Assembly: GCA_963730935.1 (NCBI GenBank)
Contig: CAVSTP010000004.1
Location: 1,152,001 to 1,216,000, forward strand
DNA from: an uncultured Nitrospiraceae bacterium
GTDB lineage: Bacteria; Nitrospirota; Nitrospiria; Nitrospirales; Nitrospiraceae
DNA: 64,000 nucleotides
Reading direction: 5' to 3'
The notes under the pieces were generated by a model. That model had not been told where the DNA came from. It saw nothing but the letters and a program-made list of their open reading frames with translations, and ran no database searches. Below are positions 39,361-52,976 of the stretch, in pieces. Within the stretch, counting starts at the first letter, position 1, and the number at the start of each line of letters is the position of its first letter. The translations under genes were made by a program, and so were the position numbers.

Positions 39361-40866
39361 CTAGATGCTTTGAGACATTAAGGATTGAAACACTCGATCA
39401 TAGGCGTTCGCCGACTGCGCCCAGGATACATCGGTGTGCATGGCATTTTCCATGAGCCTCTTCCACGTGTCCATACCCTGAAAGACGGGAAGGGCCTCCT
39501 CAACCGTAGAAATCAAGGACTTGGCCGTATGCTGCTTGATGTGAAATCCAGTAGCGCGGGCGGTATTAAGGTTCCGGGGTGAAAACGGCACGACCGTGTC
39601 CGCCAATCCTCCCGTCTTGCGGACGATCGGGATCGTACCATATCGCAGGCTATAGAGCTGACTCAGTCCGCATGGCTCGTATTGCGAAGGCAGAATAAAC
39701 ATGTCGGCCCCCCCTTCAATTCGATGGGCAAGGCCTTCATCAAAGCCAATACGAAGTCCAATCTTGGCCGGGTAACGGTCATGGAGTGCTTTGAAGCGCT
39801 CCTCTAGGGCCGGCTCGCCGGTCCCCAGAATGACAAGCTGCAAACCAAGCATCATCAATTTCGGGATCGCTTCTTCCATCAGATCGAACCCCTTTTGCGA
39901 GGTCATGCGACCTATGAGCGCTATGACCGGCTCATCCGTGTCCGGAAGGTGGAATTCTCGTCGCAAGGCGTCCTTACAGACACGCTTGTTCTGCCAGTTT
40001 GTGGCGGTATACGGCGCCGGCAAGTGCGGATCGGTTTCCGGGTTCCAGAGATCGACGTCGATTCCGTTTAAGATCCCTTCGAACTCGCCTTGTCGATTGC
40101 GCAGGACCCCATCCAGACCAAAACCGCCCTCGGGAGTCACGATTTCCTTGGCGTACGTCGGACTCACTGTGGTCAGGTAATCGCTGAAAATGATTCCTCC
40201 TTTGAGCAAGTTCACAGAACCGTAGAATTCCAAGCCGCTGGGTGTAAACCATGAGGGCGCCAATCCGGTTTTGGCGAATTGTGTTCCAGGGAACATTCCC
40301 TGATACCCGGCATTGTGGATGGTGAGGACTGTCTTGACACCGCTCACCTCCCCTCGTGCCGCATCGTTTGTCTTCAAATAGACGGAGCACAGTGCAGTCT
40401 GCCAGTCGTGCAAATGCAGAAGATCCGTTCGCCATTCCCGTTCACGGCGCAAATAGGCCATGGCTTCGATGATCGCCCGTGAAAAAAAGACAAATCTGTC
40501 CAAATTGTCTGGATAATCGAGCCCTGATTCCTGGTACAGACCAGGGCGATCAAAATAGGGATCGTGCGCAATGGCCCATACGCGCAGGCCCTCCGGACGG
40601 TCATCGACCGGAACGATGTCTTCTTCAATGACCGCAGGAACCACGCCTTGCGGGGTGTGAATCGGCAGCGTGACGAGAGGGCGGAACCTGCGCCCTGATT
40701 GCTCCAATTCACGATATCGTGGGAGAAGAAGAATGACCTCGTGTCCGAGCTTCACGAATTCGCGCGGCAACGCCCCGGCCACATCTGCAAGGCCGCCCGT
40801 CTTTGCGTAAGGTATCGCTTCAGAAGCGGCGACCAGGAGCTTGAGTGGATGGGGCTTCCTCACCAC
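39361..40866 (-). CDS. glgA: Glycogen synthase
   Basis: KTGGLADV, HDWQ, TIHN..YQG, PSQYEPCGLSQL, TGGLADTV. Start uncertain (GTG 40866 or ATG 40929). Confidence 0.93.
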   Translation of the reverse strand: MVRKPHPLKLLVAASEAIPYAKTGGLADVAGALPREFVKLGHEVILLLPRYRELEQSGRRFRPLVTLPIHTPQGVVPAVIEEDIVPVDDRPEGLRVWAIAHDPYFDRPGLYQESGLDYPDNLDRFVFFSRAIIEAMAYLRREREWRTDLLHLHDWQTALCSVYLKTNDAARGEVSGVKTVLTIHNAGYQGMFPGTQFAKTGLAPSWFTPSGLEFYGSVNLLKGGIIFSDYLTTVSPTYAKEIVTPEGGFGLDGVLRNRQGEFEGILNGIDVDLWNPETDPHLPAPYTATNWQNKRVCKDALRREFHLPDTDEPVIALIGRMTSQKGFDLMEEAIPKLMMLGLQLVILGTGEPALEERFKALHDRYPAKIGLRIGFDEGLAHRIEGGADMFILPSQYEPCGLSQLYSLRYGTIPIVRKTGGLADTVVPFSPRNLNTARATGFHIKQHTAKSLISTVEEALPVFQGMDTWKRLMENAMHTDVSWAQSANAYDRVFQSLMSQSI

Positions 40867-40882
40867 AGGTCTAAGCGGCGGG

Positions 40883-41347
40883 TCAGGGACGTGGTTCGAG
40901 CTCGATTTTCGTACGAAACTTATCTTCATGTGCCCACGCATGGCCCATTTCGTGCAACTTGTCGGCTGAAAGTTCCTCCCGATAGACGAAGACCTCATCC
41001 AAAAATACCACGAGCCAGCCATGGTCGGGATACGCGAGGAACAAGGCGTCTCCCGCATCAACGGATGCTTCCCACCCTGGAGGCGAGGTGCCGACGGCAA
41101 GCCGCGAGCGAGGCACCATCGACCCATCCTTCATTCCAAAAAACGGCATGAACTCCATGTGTTGATACGTCGGCATCCCCCACGCGCGGACGAACGCGCG
41201 TGGTTCAAGTTTTCGAAGCGTGAGCTCATTGTTTCTGATCTTGCGCTCCTGCTCGGCGAGCGGCGGCATTCCGATGCATGCAGCCAACATCGCGAGCCCG
41301 GCCACCGCGATCAGCACGGCCGCCAAGTGGCCATACCGACACCTCAC
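40883..41347 (-). CDS. Hypothetical lipoprotein
   Basis: Signal peptide with LAAC lipobox; tightly packed in the operon. Confidence 0.7.
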   Translation of the reverse strand: MRCRYGHLAAVLIAVAGLAMLAACIGMPPLAEQERKIRNNELTLRKLEPRAFVRAWGMPTYQHMEFMPFFGMKDGSMVPRSRLAVGTSPPGWEASVDAGDALFLAYPDHGWLVVFLDEVFVYREELSADKLHEMGHAWAHEDKFRTKIELEPRP

Positions 41348-41700
41348 AAAAGCCTCCGGCTTTTAGGTTCAGCCGGTTTCACAGGCTGACACAGGTCACA
41401 CTGGCATAGGCCGCGCAGCAACGTATACGAATAGATACCGGTATCGTGACCGTCGCTCCATTTAAACTGCAGCGCATATCGGCCGACCGGCTCGATGTCC
41501 TGCAGCATGATCAGCAGCGGTACGTCGTCGCTGTTCAGCCTCCTCACGCCTGTCCATTCGTCGACGCAGGCCGCGCAGGGACAGTGAAGTCGAAGGTGGC
41601 GAACCGGATAGACACCGCGGTGCCCGTCGCTCCACTCGATACCGAGCACACCCTTGTCCAACCAGGATAAATCTTTAGGTTCAAGTTGAGTGTCTGCCAT
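41344..41700 (-). CDS. DUF971 / GBBH-like N-terminal domain protein
   Basis: WSDGH, LRLHCPCAAC, VGRYAL...WSDGHDTGIY. Confidence 0.9.
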   Translation of the reverse strand: MADTQLEPKDLSWLDKGVLGIEWSDGHRGVYPVRHLRLHCPCAACVDEWTGVRRLNSDDVPLLIMLQDIEPVGRYALQFKWSDGHDTGIYSYTLLRGLCQCDLCQPVKPAEPKSRRLL

Positions 41701-41726
41701 GTGCACTGATTTCACTCGAGCAGAGA

Positions 41727-42479
41727 TCACACCGACGCCGCCAAAAAATCCACAGGGGGGAGGCGCCTTCCGGCCACCACCGTAACATAGCTCTCAATGG
41801 CCTCCTCCACTTCGCCTCGGACCTGGCCGGCAGCCTTCAACCGCGTGACCATCGCCGGCGCCAGCCGCAAGGCTTGTTGAAGAAACGCCAGGCTGCCGCG
41901 TGATAAGGGCAGGCATGGAACCCGTTGTCGGGCCGCGCAGGTCACACACACGAGGCCGCCGGATGCAGGAGAAAACTGCGGCTCCTGAATCTCTTTGGTC
42001 CTACCGCAGGCCGCGCAATGGTCGGTCTGAGGGCGAAAACCGGTCAAGCCCAAGAGTCGAATCTGAAAGAGTAACGCGGTGAGCGCCGGATCGTCGCTCG
42101 TGACCAATGAGCGAAGCCCGTGCTCCAATGTATCGAAGAGATTTGGGTCGGGATCGCCATCCGGTGTGACAGCGCCCACGACATTGGCCATTCGAGCGGC
42201 CGCCGCCATCATCGTCAAATCCTCTCGGAATCTCACAAACGGCTCGATCAGATCGACCTGGGAGACCCGATACAGCGTATCCCCGGATTTCTCGAAAAGG
42301 TTCAAGTCACACAGGGTCAACGGTTCGAGCGCAGCACCCATACGACTTTTGGGTCGCCTGGCCCCCCTTGCGACCGCGCGAATTTTTCCCAAATGTTTTG
42401 CGTAGAAGGTGACGATGCGGTCGGCCTCGCCCCACTTGAGGCTTTTCAAGGTAATAGCCTGAGTCTTCACCAGCGGCAT
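41727..42479 (-). CDS. recO: DNA repair protein RecO
   Basis: GEADRIV, GKIRAVARGARRPKSR, CxxC...CxxC. Confidence 0.95.
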   Translation of the reverse strand: MPLVKTQAITLKSLKWGEADRIVTFYAKHLGKIRAVARGARRPKSRMGAALEPLTLCDLNLFEKSGDTLYRVSQVDLIEPFVRFREDLTMMAAAARMANVVGAVTPDGDPDPNLFDTLEHGLRSLVTSDDPALTALLFQIRLLGLTGFRPQTDHCAACGRTKEIQEPQFSPASGGLVCVTCAARQRVPCLPLSRGSLAFLQQALRLAPAMVTRLKAAGQVRGEVEEAIESYVTVVAGRRLPPVDFLAASV

Positions 42480-42533
42480 ACAGTCACCCAGCGAACGAGA
42501 GCGATACAAGAAGACGCAATCCGAAGCTCGCCA

Positions 42534-43997
42534 CTATCGGAGATATTCCATAAAGATGGTGGCAAGCGTGAGGTAGATGGTGATGCCCGTGATGTCGTTC
42601 GCCGTCGTCACGAACGGCCCGGCCGCAATGGCAGGATCGACGCCCACCCGTTTCAAGAGAATCGGCATGAATGTGGCCATGCTGGTAGAAACGAGGAACG
42701 CAGTGATGAGCGAGACTCCCACGACCACGCCGAGGAAGCCTTGATGCCAGATCCAACCGACCAGCGACAATATTACCCCGCAGGCCACGCCCATCAATAG
42801 TCCGATCTTCACCTCGCGGAAAAAGACGTTCCAGACGTCGGTCACTTCGACCAACCCGGTCGCGAGTCCACGGATGATGAGCGTGGACGACTGAAGTCCG
42901 ACGTTGCCGCCCATGGCGGCGATCACGGGAATGAAGCTTACGATGGCGACGACTTCTTGGATCGTATAGCGAAACTCCCAGAGAATGGCACCGGAAAGCA
43001 AGCTGCCGACGAGGTTGGTGAACAGCCAAGGTAGTCGTACTTTGGCCGCCGCAACGCTGGAGGCCTTCGAGACCGCCTCCTCTTCCACGGCGCCCGCCAT
43101 CTTCAGCATGTCTTCGGTGGCTTCTTCCCGGATCACGTCCACGACGTCGTCGACTGTAATGATGCCGACCAGCACGCCGTCTTTGTCCACAACGGGAATG
43201 GCGAGGAGATTGTAACTGGCGACCTGACGCGCCACTTCCTCTTGGTCCATGTCCACCGTGACGCTGATGACCTCGCGGGTGGCAATATTCTTGAGCGGGG
43301 TCGCGGGCGGCACCGTCAAGAGCTGGCGCAGCGACAGGACTCCCACCAGATGATCGTCCTTGTCGGTGACATAGATGTAGAACACCATTTCAGCGTCCGT
43401 CGCCTGCTGTAGGCGCCGGATCGCATCCTGCGCCGTCGCGTCTTCGGACAGCGCAAAAAATTCCGTGGTCATGATGCCGCCGGCCGTATCTTTTGGATAC
43501 TTCAAAATGTCGGCGACTTCTGTCGAGTCCTCGGTGCGCATCAACGACAGAATTTCCTTCGCGCGCTCTTCCGGCAACACACCGAGGATGTAAGCGACGT
43601 CGTCGGGAGCCAGGTCTTTGATCAGCCAGGCGATATCGGACTGGAGGAGATCTGACAGGACTTGGGTGATGCTGTCCGTATCGAGTTCGGACAGAACCTG
43701 GCCGCGCTTGGATTCGCCGCGGACCAATTCAAAGACTTCGCGCTTCTCTTTCGGAGAGGAGAGATGGACGATGACCTTGGCAATATCGGCAGGATGCATC
43801 CGGCCCAGCATTTTTGCCAGGTTGGTGATCGCACCTCGTCGCAACAGGCGTTGCACGGACAAGAGCACGATGTCGGACTTGGTCTGCCCTCGCTCGCCTT
43901 GATCCTTCAATGCGTCGCGCAAAACATCTTTATCCCCGGCGCGGGGTTTCGGCTCGAGGGATCGGACTTCAGGCAGTTTTTCCATCGGCTGCATCAC
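42534..43997 (-). CDS. mgtE: Magnesium transporter MgtE
   Basis: HPADIA, CBS pair, RLPWL, MGGNVG.QS, DPAIAAGPFVTT.ND. Confidence 0.96.
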   Translation of the reverse strand: MMQPMEKLPEVRSLEPKPRAGDKDVLRDALKDQGERGQTKSDIVLLSVQRLLRRGAITNLAKMLGRMHPADIAKVIVHLSSPKEKREVFELVRGESKRGQVLSELDTDSITQVLSDLLQSDIAWLIKDLAPDDVAYILGVLPEERAKEILSLMRTEDSTEVADILKYPKDTAGGIMTTEFFALSEDATAQDAIRRLQQATDAEMVFYIYVTDKDDHLVGVLSLRQLLTVPPATPLKNIATREVISVTVDMDQEEVARQVASYNLLAIPVVDKDGVLVGIITVDDVVDVIREEATEDMLKMAGAVEEEAVSKASSVAAAKVRLPWLFTNLVGSLLSGAILWEFRYTIQEVVAIVSFIPVIAAMGGNVGLQSSTLIIRGLATGLVEVTDVWNVFFREVKIGLLMGVACGVILSLVGWIWHQGFLGVVVGVSLITAFLVSTSMATFMPILLKRVGVDPAIAAGPFVTTANDITGITIYLTLATIFMEYLR

Positions 43998-44004
43998 TGA
44001 CCTG

Positions 44005-44889
44005 CTAATACCCCAGTTCGATGAGCACGTGCTCGTCTTCGCGCCACGCTTCCCGCACTTTCACCCATAACTGCAAAAATACCTTCATGCCAAACAGTCG
44101 TTCCATCTCGAGTCGGGCCTCGGTGCCGACTGTTTTCAGTCGCTCCCCATGTTTCCCAATGACGATGGCTTTGTGCGCCTCTCGTTCGACCAGCACGGAC
44201 GCACTGATGCGGGCCAGTTTGCCTTCTTCGACAAACTCGTCGATCTCAACGGCCAACGAATAGGGTATCTCTTCATGGGTCTGGCGCAACAGTTTTTCTC
44301 GAATCATTTCGGCAGCCAACGTTCGCATCGTTTGGTCGGTCACTGTCTCATCATCGTAGGCTCCATCGCCTTCGGGAAGATGCGAGACCGTGACGGCCAC
44401 AAGACGTTGCACGTTATCTCCCGTCTGGGCCGACACCGGCACGACCTCGGTCCAGGCAAACATCCTGGCGTACGTCTCGATCACGGGAAGCAGCTTCATC
44501 TTGTTCACAAGATCGACCTTGTTCAGGACGAGGATGACCGGGCGCGGCTGTTTCTTCAGGGCCGCCTTCACATGGTCCAAGACAAGAAGATCGCCTGGTC
44601 CCGGCAAACTAGTGGCGTCCATGAGCACGAACAGAAGATCGGCCTCTTCCAGCGTTTCTACAGCCGTGCGGACCATCCGACGATTCAGGAGATGCTGCGG
44701 CTTGTGCAGGCCCGGCGTATCCAGCAGGGCGATCTGCGCGTCCGGGGCGTGCACCACCCCGAGAATCCTGGTTCGGGTCGTCTGCGGCTTTTCCGAGACG
44801 ATGGCAATTTTCTCGTTCAGCAGGCGATTCAGCAATGTGGACTTCCCCACATTCGACCGTCCGATGATCGCTACTGTGCCAAACTTCAT
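44005..44889 (-). CDS. era: GTPase Era
   Basis: GRSNVGKST, PQTTR, DTPG, NKVD, KH domain VIGKHG. Confidence 0.96.
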   Translation of the reverse strand: MKFGTVAIIGRSNVGKSTLLNRLLNEKIAIVSEKPQTTRTRILGVVHAPDAQIALLDTPGLHKPQHLLNRRMVRTAVETLEEADLLFVLMDATSLPGPGDLLVLDHVKAALKKQPRPVILVLNKVDLVNKMKLLPVIETYARMFAWTEVVPVSAQTGDNVQRLVAVTVSHLPEGDGAYDDETVTDQTMRTLAAEMIREKLLRQTHEEIPYSLAVEIDEFVEEGKLARISASVLVEREAHKAIVIGKHGERLKTVGTEARLEMERLFGMKVFLQLWVKVREAWREDEHVLIELGY

Positions 44890-45236
44890 GGCCGGACTCG
44901 CTCCTCGGAGCGGTCGGGCACCACCTGGTACACCGTTTCACCCTTCCGTACATAGCCGAGCCGTTCCCGCGCCAACTGTTCGATCCGTGCAGGATCATGC
45001 TCCAGTCGATCGATTTCTCCACGCAAGACGGTCGTGGCCCGTAGCAGGTCCTGAATGTCCCGTCCAAGCTGTTGGGCATGGTCGCGCATGAAAAAATAGC
45101 GTGGAAGTCCCATTTCGCCAAAGAAGAGGGCCAACAGCAGCAGCAGGCACATGCCGGCGCCGATATACTGTGCACCGGTCACCCAGCGCCGCTGCCAATC
45201 CAGCCACTCCCGCCCGCGATTACGTTTAACGATCAT
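44886..45236 (-). CDS. ftsB: Septum formation initiator FtsB/DivIC
   Basis: TM segment, coiled coil, IEQLARERLGYVRKGE; downstream of eno. Confidence 0.88.
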   Translation of the reverse strand: MIVKRNRGREWLDWQRRWVTGAQYIGAGMCLLLLLALFFGEMGLPRYFFMRDHAQQLGRDIQDLLRATTVLRGEIDRLEHDPARIEQLARERLGYVRKGETVYQVVPDRSEERVRP

Positions 45237-45351
45237 TCAAATCAGTACCTGATACGACTGGATGCTGTTCAAAAAGGCGTTAGTCTCACCCGCCCACCCC
45301 ACCGCTTACTTCGCAATCGATTCCCCGGAACACCCCACTCCGCGATCCTCA

Positions 45352-48082
<2,731 letters not shown>

Positions 48083-48100
48083 CGCCTGTCAGTGATCGCT

Positions 48101-48400
48101 CTACGTTCGCTCCCGTTCCTTCTTCATCGCCTCGCGACCGGCATCGAACGCCTCGCGCAGGACCGATTTCCTCGCCTCAACGTATTCTTTACCTTCACTC
48201 ACCGCCTCTTCGAACCGTTGCCCGGCTTCGCTCGCAGCCTCACGCAACGTATCCTCCGCTTTACGCGCATAGCCTTTCAGCTGCTCGCGTGTTTTGCGTC
48301 CCGACTGCGGCGCAAGCAAGAGCGCAGCAATCGCACCCAACGCCGCTCCACCAAGGAACGCCACTACGCCGGTTGCCCCAAATCCCCGTTCATGCTCCAT
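48101..48400 (-). CDS. YtxH-domain protein
   Basis: FLGGAALGAIAALLLAPQSGRKTR. Confidence 0.88.
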   Translation of the reverse strand: MEHERGFGATGVVAFLGGAALGAIAALLLAPQSGRKTREQLKGYARKAEDTLREAASEAGQRFEEAVSEGKEYVEARKSVLREAFDAGREAMKKERERT

Positions 48401-48803
48401 TGTGTGGTTCTCCTTCCTCCCGATACCGTTCACGCATGACGCGTGTAGCAGCCCTCACGCCGGCCACGAGACTGGCCACATTGGTCAGTAATGTGCCGCT
48501 GGATCCCCGCACGACATCATGGACCTGCTGAACAGACTCTCCCACTTCTCCGACGGCATGAAGCAACACCGAAGCATGCTCCACCCCGTCACGCGCCTGG
48601 TCGGCCAGGGCATTGAGATTGTGACTCATCGAACGGAGATCCGACACCAGTGCCGGCAAATCGGCATTCATCTTGGCCAACAACTGCCCAGACTCAGCTG
48701 CCGTGTGACGGAGCCGGATCAGCACTGGAACGAGAAAGCCAACGAGGACCGCAAAGGCCACGGCACCAAGACAGGCGGCGAGTTCCATAAGGGTCATAGA
48801 CAC
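48390..48803 (-). CDS. DUF948 (YoxC-like) protein
   Basis: N-terminal TM (AVAFAVLVGFLV) plus coiled coil, upstream of YtxH. Confidence 0.82.
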   Translation of the reverse strand: MSMTLMELAACLGAVAFAVLVGFLVPVLIRLRHTAAESGQLLAKMNADLPALVSDLRSMSHNLNALADQARDGVEHASVLLHAVGEVGESVQQVHDVVRGSSGTLLTNVASLVAGVRAATRVMRERYREEGEPHNGA

Positions 48804-48836
48804 CTCCGGGCTAAAAGCGGTGGCCGGTTGAGCATG

Positions 48837-50303
48837 TCATCGCACGATCGGCTTCTTGACGTGCCACTGAGTCGATTGCTCGTAGGCATGGGCGGCCCGA
48901 AGCAACGTCTCTTCCTCGAAGGCCCGTCCGATCAATTGCATGCCGATGGGCAGACCGGCCTTACTGAACCCACATGGAACGGAAATGGCCGGCAGGCCGG
49001 CCAGGTTGATCGAGATGGTGTAGATATCGGAGAGATACATTTGCAGCGGATCTTCACTTTTCTCTCCTAGCCGGAATGCGGGCGTCGGAGTCACCGGCGT
49101 CACGATGAGATCCACCTCGTTGAATGCCGCGCGGAAATCCTGACAGATCAGCGTTCTGACCGCCTGCGCCTTCCCGTAGTAGGCGTCGTAATAGCCAGAA
49201 CTGAGCGCATAGGTGCCGAGCATGATACGGCGCTTGACCTCCGGTCCGAATCCTTCTTGTCGCGTTTTCATATAGAGGTCGAGCAGATCCTTGGTTTCCT
49301 TGGCGCGCAGCCCGAACTTCACGCCGTCATATCGCGCCAAATTGGAACTGGCCTCGGCCGTGGCGATCACGTAATACACGGCGACCGCCGCGTCGGTTCT
49401 GGGCAGATGGATCTCTTTGATCGTGCCGCCGAGATTCTTCAGTTCATCGATCGCGGCGCGGACCGCCTGCTCGACTTCTGGATCCAGCCCCTCGGTGAAG
49501 AACTCCGCGGGCACGCCGACGGTCAATTTCTTGAGATCCTTCTTCCTCAGCGCTTTCGTGTAATCCGGTACGGGCAAGTCCGCCGAGGTGGAATCCATCG
49601 GATCATGCCCGGCAATGGCGCCGAGCAACATCGCCGCGTCGGGTACGTCTTTAGTGATGGGCCCGACTTGATCCAATGACGAGGCAAACGCGACCAGCCC
49701 ATACCGCGACACCCTGCCATAGGTCGGCTTGAGGCCTACAACGCCGCAGAAGGCCGCCGGCTGACGAATGGAGCCTCCGGTATCAGACCCGAGTGCCGCC
49801 ACGCATTCATCTGCAGCCACGGCAGCGGCCGATCCTCCGCTTGAACCGCCCGGCACACAATGGAGGTTCCAGGGATTGCGGCTGGGACCGAAGGCCGAGT
49901 GTTCGGTTGACGATCCCATGGCGAATTCATCGAGATTCGTCTTGCCCAGAAGAATGTAGTCCTGTTCCCTCAACTTGGCGATGACCGTCGCATCGTACGG
50001 CGGGATGAAATGTTGCAGCATGCGTGAGGCGCAGGTGGTCGCCACCGCTTCGGTGCAAAGGTTGTCCTTGATGGCCAGCGGCATACCCGTCAATGGTCTG
50101 GTTTTGCGCCATCCCTTCAGCCGCGTGTCGAGTTCAGCGGCGTGTTGAAGGGCTGCGTCCTTGATCTGCGTCACATAGGCCTTGACCTTGGACTCGACCT
50201 GGCCGATTCGGAGCGCATAGGCGCGCACGATTTCCACGGCCGTCACTTCTCCGGCCGTGAATTTTTTCTGCAATTCGCACAACGACAGCTTGTGCAGCGC
50301 CAT
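48837..50303 (-). CDS. gatA: Asp/Glu-tRNA amidotransferase subunit A
   Basis: [39 protein letters not shown]. Confidence 0.99.
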   Translation of the reverse strand: MALHKLSLCELQKKFTAGEVTAVEIVRAYALRIGQVESKVKAYVTQIKDAALQHAAELDTRLKGWRKTRPLTGMPLAIKDNLCTEAVATTCASRMLQHFIPPYDATVIAKLREQDYILLGKTNLDEFAMGSSTEHSAFGPSRNPWNLHCVPGGSSGGSAAAVAADECVAALGSDTGGSIRQPAAFCGVVGLKPTYGRVSRYGLVAFASSLDQVGPITKDVPDAAMLLGAIAGHDPMDSTSADLPVPDYTKALRKKDLKKLTVGVPAEFFTEGLDPEVEQAVRAAIDELKNLGGTIKEIHLPRTDAAVAVYYVIATAEASSNLARYDGVKFGLRAKETKDLLDLYMKTRQEGFGPEVKRRIMLGTYALSSGYYDAYYGKAQAVRTLICQDFRAAFNEVDLIVTPVTPTPAFRLGEKSEDPLQMYLSDIYTISINLAGLPAISVPCGFSKAGLPIGMQLIGRAFEEETLLRAAHAYEQSTQWHVKKPIVR

Positions 50304-50309
50304 GATGAT

Positions 50310-50666
50310 CTATTTCGACTCGACGATCCGATTCTTGTCGTTGACCCGCACGATCCTCGGCGCATGTCTTTTGATTTCTTCCTCGCCGTAATACTCGTAG
50401 CAGAAAATGATGATCTGATCACCGACAGCGGCCTTGCGCGCCGTAGGGCCGTTCAACACGATCTCCCCGCTTCCTCGGCGCCCGCCAATCGCATACGTCA
50501 TAAACCGCTCGCCGTTGTTCAGATTCGAGCAAATGATGGCCTCGTACGGCAGAATGGCCGCCGCCTCCATCAAGTCCTCGTCGATCGTCAAACTGCCTTC
50601 GTATTCCAGATGGGCACCGGTGACGGTCGCCCGATGAATTTTCGATCGCAGCATTTGTCGAAACAT
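50310..50666 (-). CDS. panD: Aspartate 1-decarboxylase
   Basis: SKIHRATVT, YEGSLTID (Gly-Ser cleavage site), NGERF.TY. Confidence 0.97.
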   Translation of the reverse strand: MFRQMLRSKIHRATVTGAHLEYEGSLTIDEDLMEAAAILPYEAIICSNLNNGERFMTYAIGGRRGSGEIVLNGPTARKAAVGDQIIIFCYEYYGEEEIKRHAPRIVRVNDKNRIVESK

Positions 50667-50696
50667 TGTGACTCCACTCTCGACGATACCGTGGTC

Positions 50697-50990
50697 CTAC
50701 CGCTCCTCAATGATTTTCGGCACTGCAAATCCGTCCGCTTCACGTTCAGGCGCATTCGCCAGCGCCTTCTCGACAGGCAACGACGGCTGGACGATGTCCT
50801 CCCGAAATACGTTGACCTGCCCGAGCACCGTCGCGGTCGGCTCCACGCCCGCGGCATCGTACTGTTTGAGCGTTTCCACGTGCGTCAGAATCTGGCTGAG
50901 CTGCTTGGCAAACGCTTCCTTTTCAGCCGGCGAGACTTCCAGTCGGGCCAACTTCGCCGCCTGTTCAACGTCCTGCAACGTAATTTTCAT
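50697..50990 (-). CDS. gatC: Asp/Glu-tRNA amidotransferase subunit C
   Basis: AKLARL, FRED, ALANAP, FAVPKI. Confidence 0.95.
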   Translation of the reverse strand: MKITLQDVEQAAKLARLEVSPAEKEAFAKQLSQILTHVETLKQYDAAGVEPTATVLGQVNVFREDIVQPSLPVEKALANAPEREADGFAVPKIIEER

Positions 50991-51119
50991 GGCTGTCGCT
51001 TCTCTCGGCGAATGTTCAAAATGGTCTTCCAGCAAGGCCACAGGGAGTCCGGCGATCGAGGTACGTCGCAGAAAGACGGACGACTGAGAACGAAGCTGGA
51101 AGCCATTTTCAACATTCGC

Positions 51120-52949
51120 CTATTCCACCGTCACGCTCTTCGCTAGATTCCTCGGCTGATCGACGTCCGCACCACGAAGCACTGCGATGTAGTAGGCAAG
51201 CAGCTGGAGCGGAATCGTGAACAGGATCGGCGACATCAGCGGATGGGTATCCGGGACGGTAAACACGGCATCCGCGGTTCTCCCCAATTCTCGCTCCCCT
51301 TCGGCGACGAGCGCAATCACAGGGGCCCGCCGCGCCTTCACCTCCATCAGGTTGCTCACCGTCTTTTCATAGAGGCGGTCCCGCGGCGCCAGCACGACAA
51401 CGGGCATATCACGGTCGATCAGTGCAATCGGCCCATGTTTCATTTCACCTGCGGCATAGCCCTCCGCATGGATATAGGAAACCTCCTTGAGCTTTAACGC
51501 GCCCTCGAGCGCGATGGGATAGTTGATGCCGCGACCGAGAAACAGGAAGTTACGTTTCTTGTAATAGCGCTTCGCGATGGCCACGATTTCCGCTTCACGA
51601 CCCAACACTCCCTTCACCAGCGTCGGCAGTCTCACGAGACGGTCCAACCAGGCTTTGCCGTCGGCCGCGTTCATCACATTGCGGACGCGGGCCAGATGCA
51701 GCGCCAACAAATACAGAGCGGTCAGCTGGGCCGTAAACGCCTTGGTTGACGCGACGCCGATCTCCGGACCGCAATGCGTGTAGAGCACGCCATCAGATTC
51801 CCGGGCCAGCGAGCTGCCCACGACATTCACGATCGACAGGACGCGCGCCCCTTTTTCTTTGGCTTCGCGCGCGGCGGCGAGGGTATCGGCTGTTTCGCCG
51901 GACTGTGAAATCGTGATGAAGAGATCGTTCTTTCCGACCAAAGGATCGCGATAGCGGAACTCGCTGCCAATATCCACCTGAACTGGCGTGCGGACCATTT
52001 CCTCCAGCAGATATTTTCCGACCAGGCCCGCATGCCAGGAGGTGCCGCAGGCCACGATCCAGATCCGGTCGACAGCCAGCAGGTCGGTCGGCGTGAGGCC
52101 GATGTCGGCTAGATCGGCTTCTCCGGTGTCGTAGGAGTAGCGGCCCCGCATCGTATCGAGAATGGTCTGGGGCTGCTCGTTGATCTCCTTCAGCATGAAA
52201 TGGGGATAGCCGCTTTTTTCCGCAGCCGAGGCGTCCCAAGTGACTCGCGTCGTCTTTCGCGATACTTCCCGTCCGTCCGCGTCGGTGACCTGGACGTCGT
52301 GTTGTGTCACGACCGCCACATCGCCCTCTTCGAGATACATGACGTCCCTGGTATGCGCGAGCATGGCCATGACGTCCGACGCGACGTAGGATGCCTGCTT
52401 CGTTCGCCCGACAACCAGCGGACACCCCGATCGCGCCGCGATCAGACGCTCCGGCTCTTTTTCACAGATCACCGCGAGGGCATAGCTGCCGCGGACTTCC
52501 CTCGCGGCGGCACGCACAGCGTCGGCGAGGTCCAGCCCGCGTTGCAGATGCTTGTCGATGAGATGAGCGACAACCTCGGTATCCGTCTCGGATTGAAACG
52601 CGTAACCCTCTTTTTGCAGTTGCTGTTTGAGCGGCTGGTAGTTCTCGATAATTCCGTTATGAACGAGCACGCATCCGTTGGACCGATGAGGATGCGCATT
52701 CTGCTCCGACGGTTTGCCGTGAGTCGCCCAACGGGTATGGCCAATGCCGATCAAGCCGTTAATGGCCTTTTCCGCCAACGACTTTTGCAGATTCGCGAGC
52801 TTCCCGACGCTCCGGCGGACCTCGATTTTTTCACCCTGCATCACCGCCACGCCGGCCGAGTCGTAGCCGCGGTATTCGAGTTTGGCCAGCCCGGCGAGCA
52901 GAATGGGGACCGCTTCCTGGTTGCCGATATATCCGACGATACCGCACAT
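51120..52949 (-). CDS. glmS: Glutamine--fructose-6-phosphate aminotransferase
   Basis: MCGIVG, LEYRGYDSAG, GHTRWATHG, SQSGET, PRNLAKSVTVE. Confidence 0.99.
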   Translation of the reverse strand: MCGIVGYIGNQEAVPILLAGLAKLEYRGYDSAGVAVMQGEKIEVRRSVGKLANLQKSLAEKAINGLIGIGHTRWATHGKPSEQNAHPHRSNGCVLVHNGIIENYQPLKQQLQKEGYAFQSETDTEVVAHLIDKHLQRGLDLADAVRAAAREVRGSYALAVICEKEPERLIAARSGCPLVVGRTKQASYVASDVMAMLAHTRDVMYLEEGDVAVVTQHDVQVTDADGREVSRKTTRVTWDASAAEKSGYPHFMLKEINEQPQTILDTMRGRYSYDTGEADLADIGLTPTDLLAVDRIWIVACGTSWHAGLVGKYLLEEMVRTPVQVDIGSEFRYRDPLVGKNDLFITISQSGETADTLAAAREAKEKGARVLSIVNVVGSSLARESDGVLYTHCGPEIGVASTKAFTAQLTALYLLALHLARVRNVMNAADGKAWLDRLVRLPTLVKGVLGREAEIVAIAKRYYKKRNFLFLGRGINYPIALEGALKLKEVSYIHAEGYAAGEMKHGPIALIDRDMPVVVLAPRDRLYEKTVSNLMEVKARRAPVIALVAEGERELGRTADAVFTVPDTHPLMSPILFTIPLQLLAYYIAVLRGADVDQPRNLAKSVTVE

Positions 52950-52976
52950 CGCTTCAACTCCCGGCTGTCAGTTCTG

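Noticed and set aside
52950..52976. glmS ribozyme
   Set aside because: Only 27 bp separate glmU and glmS, leaving no room.
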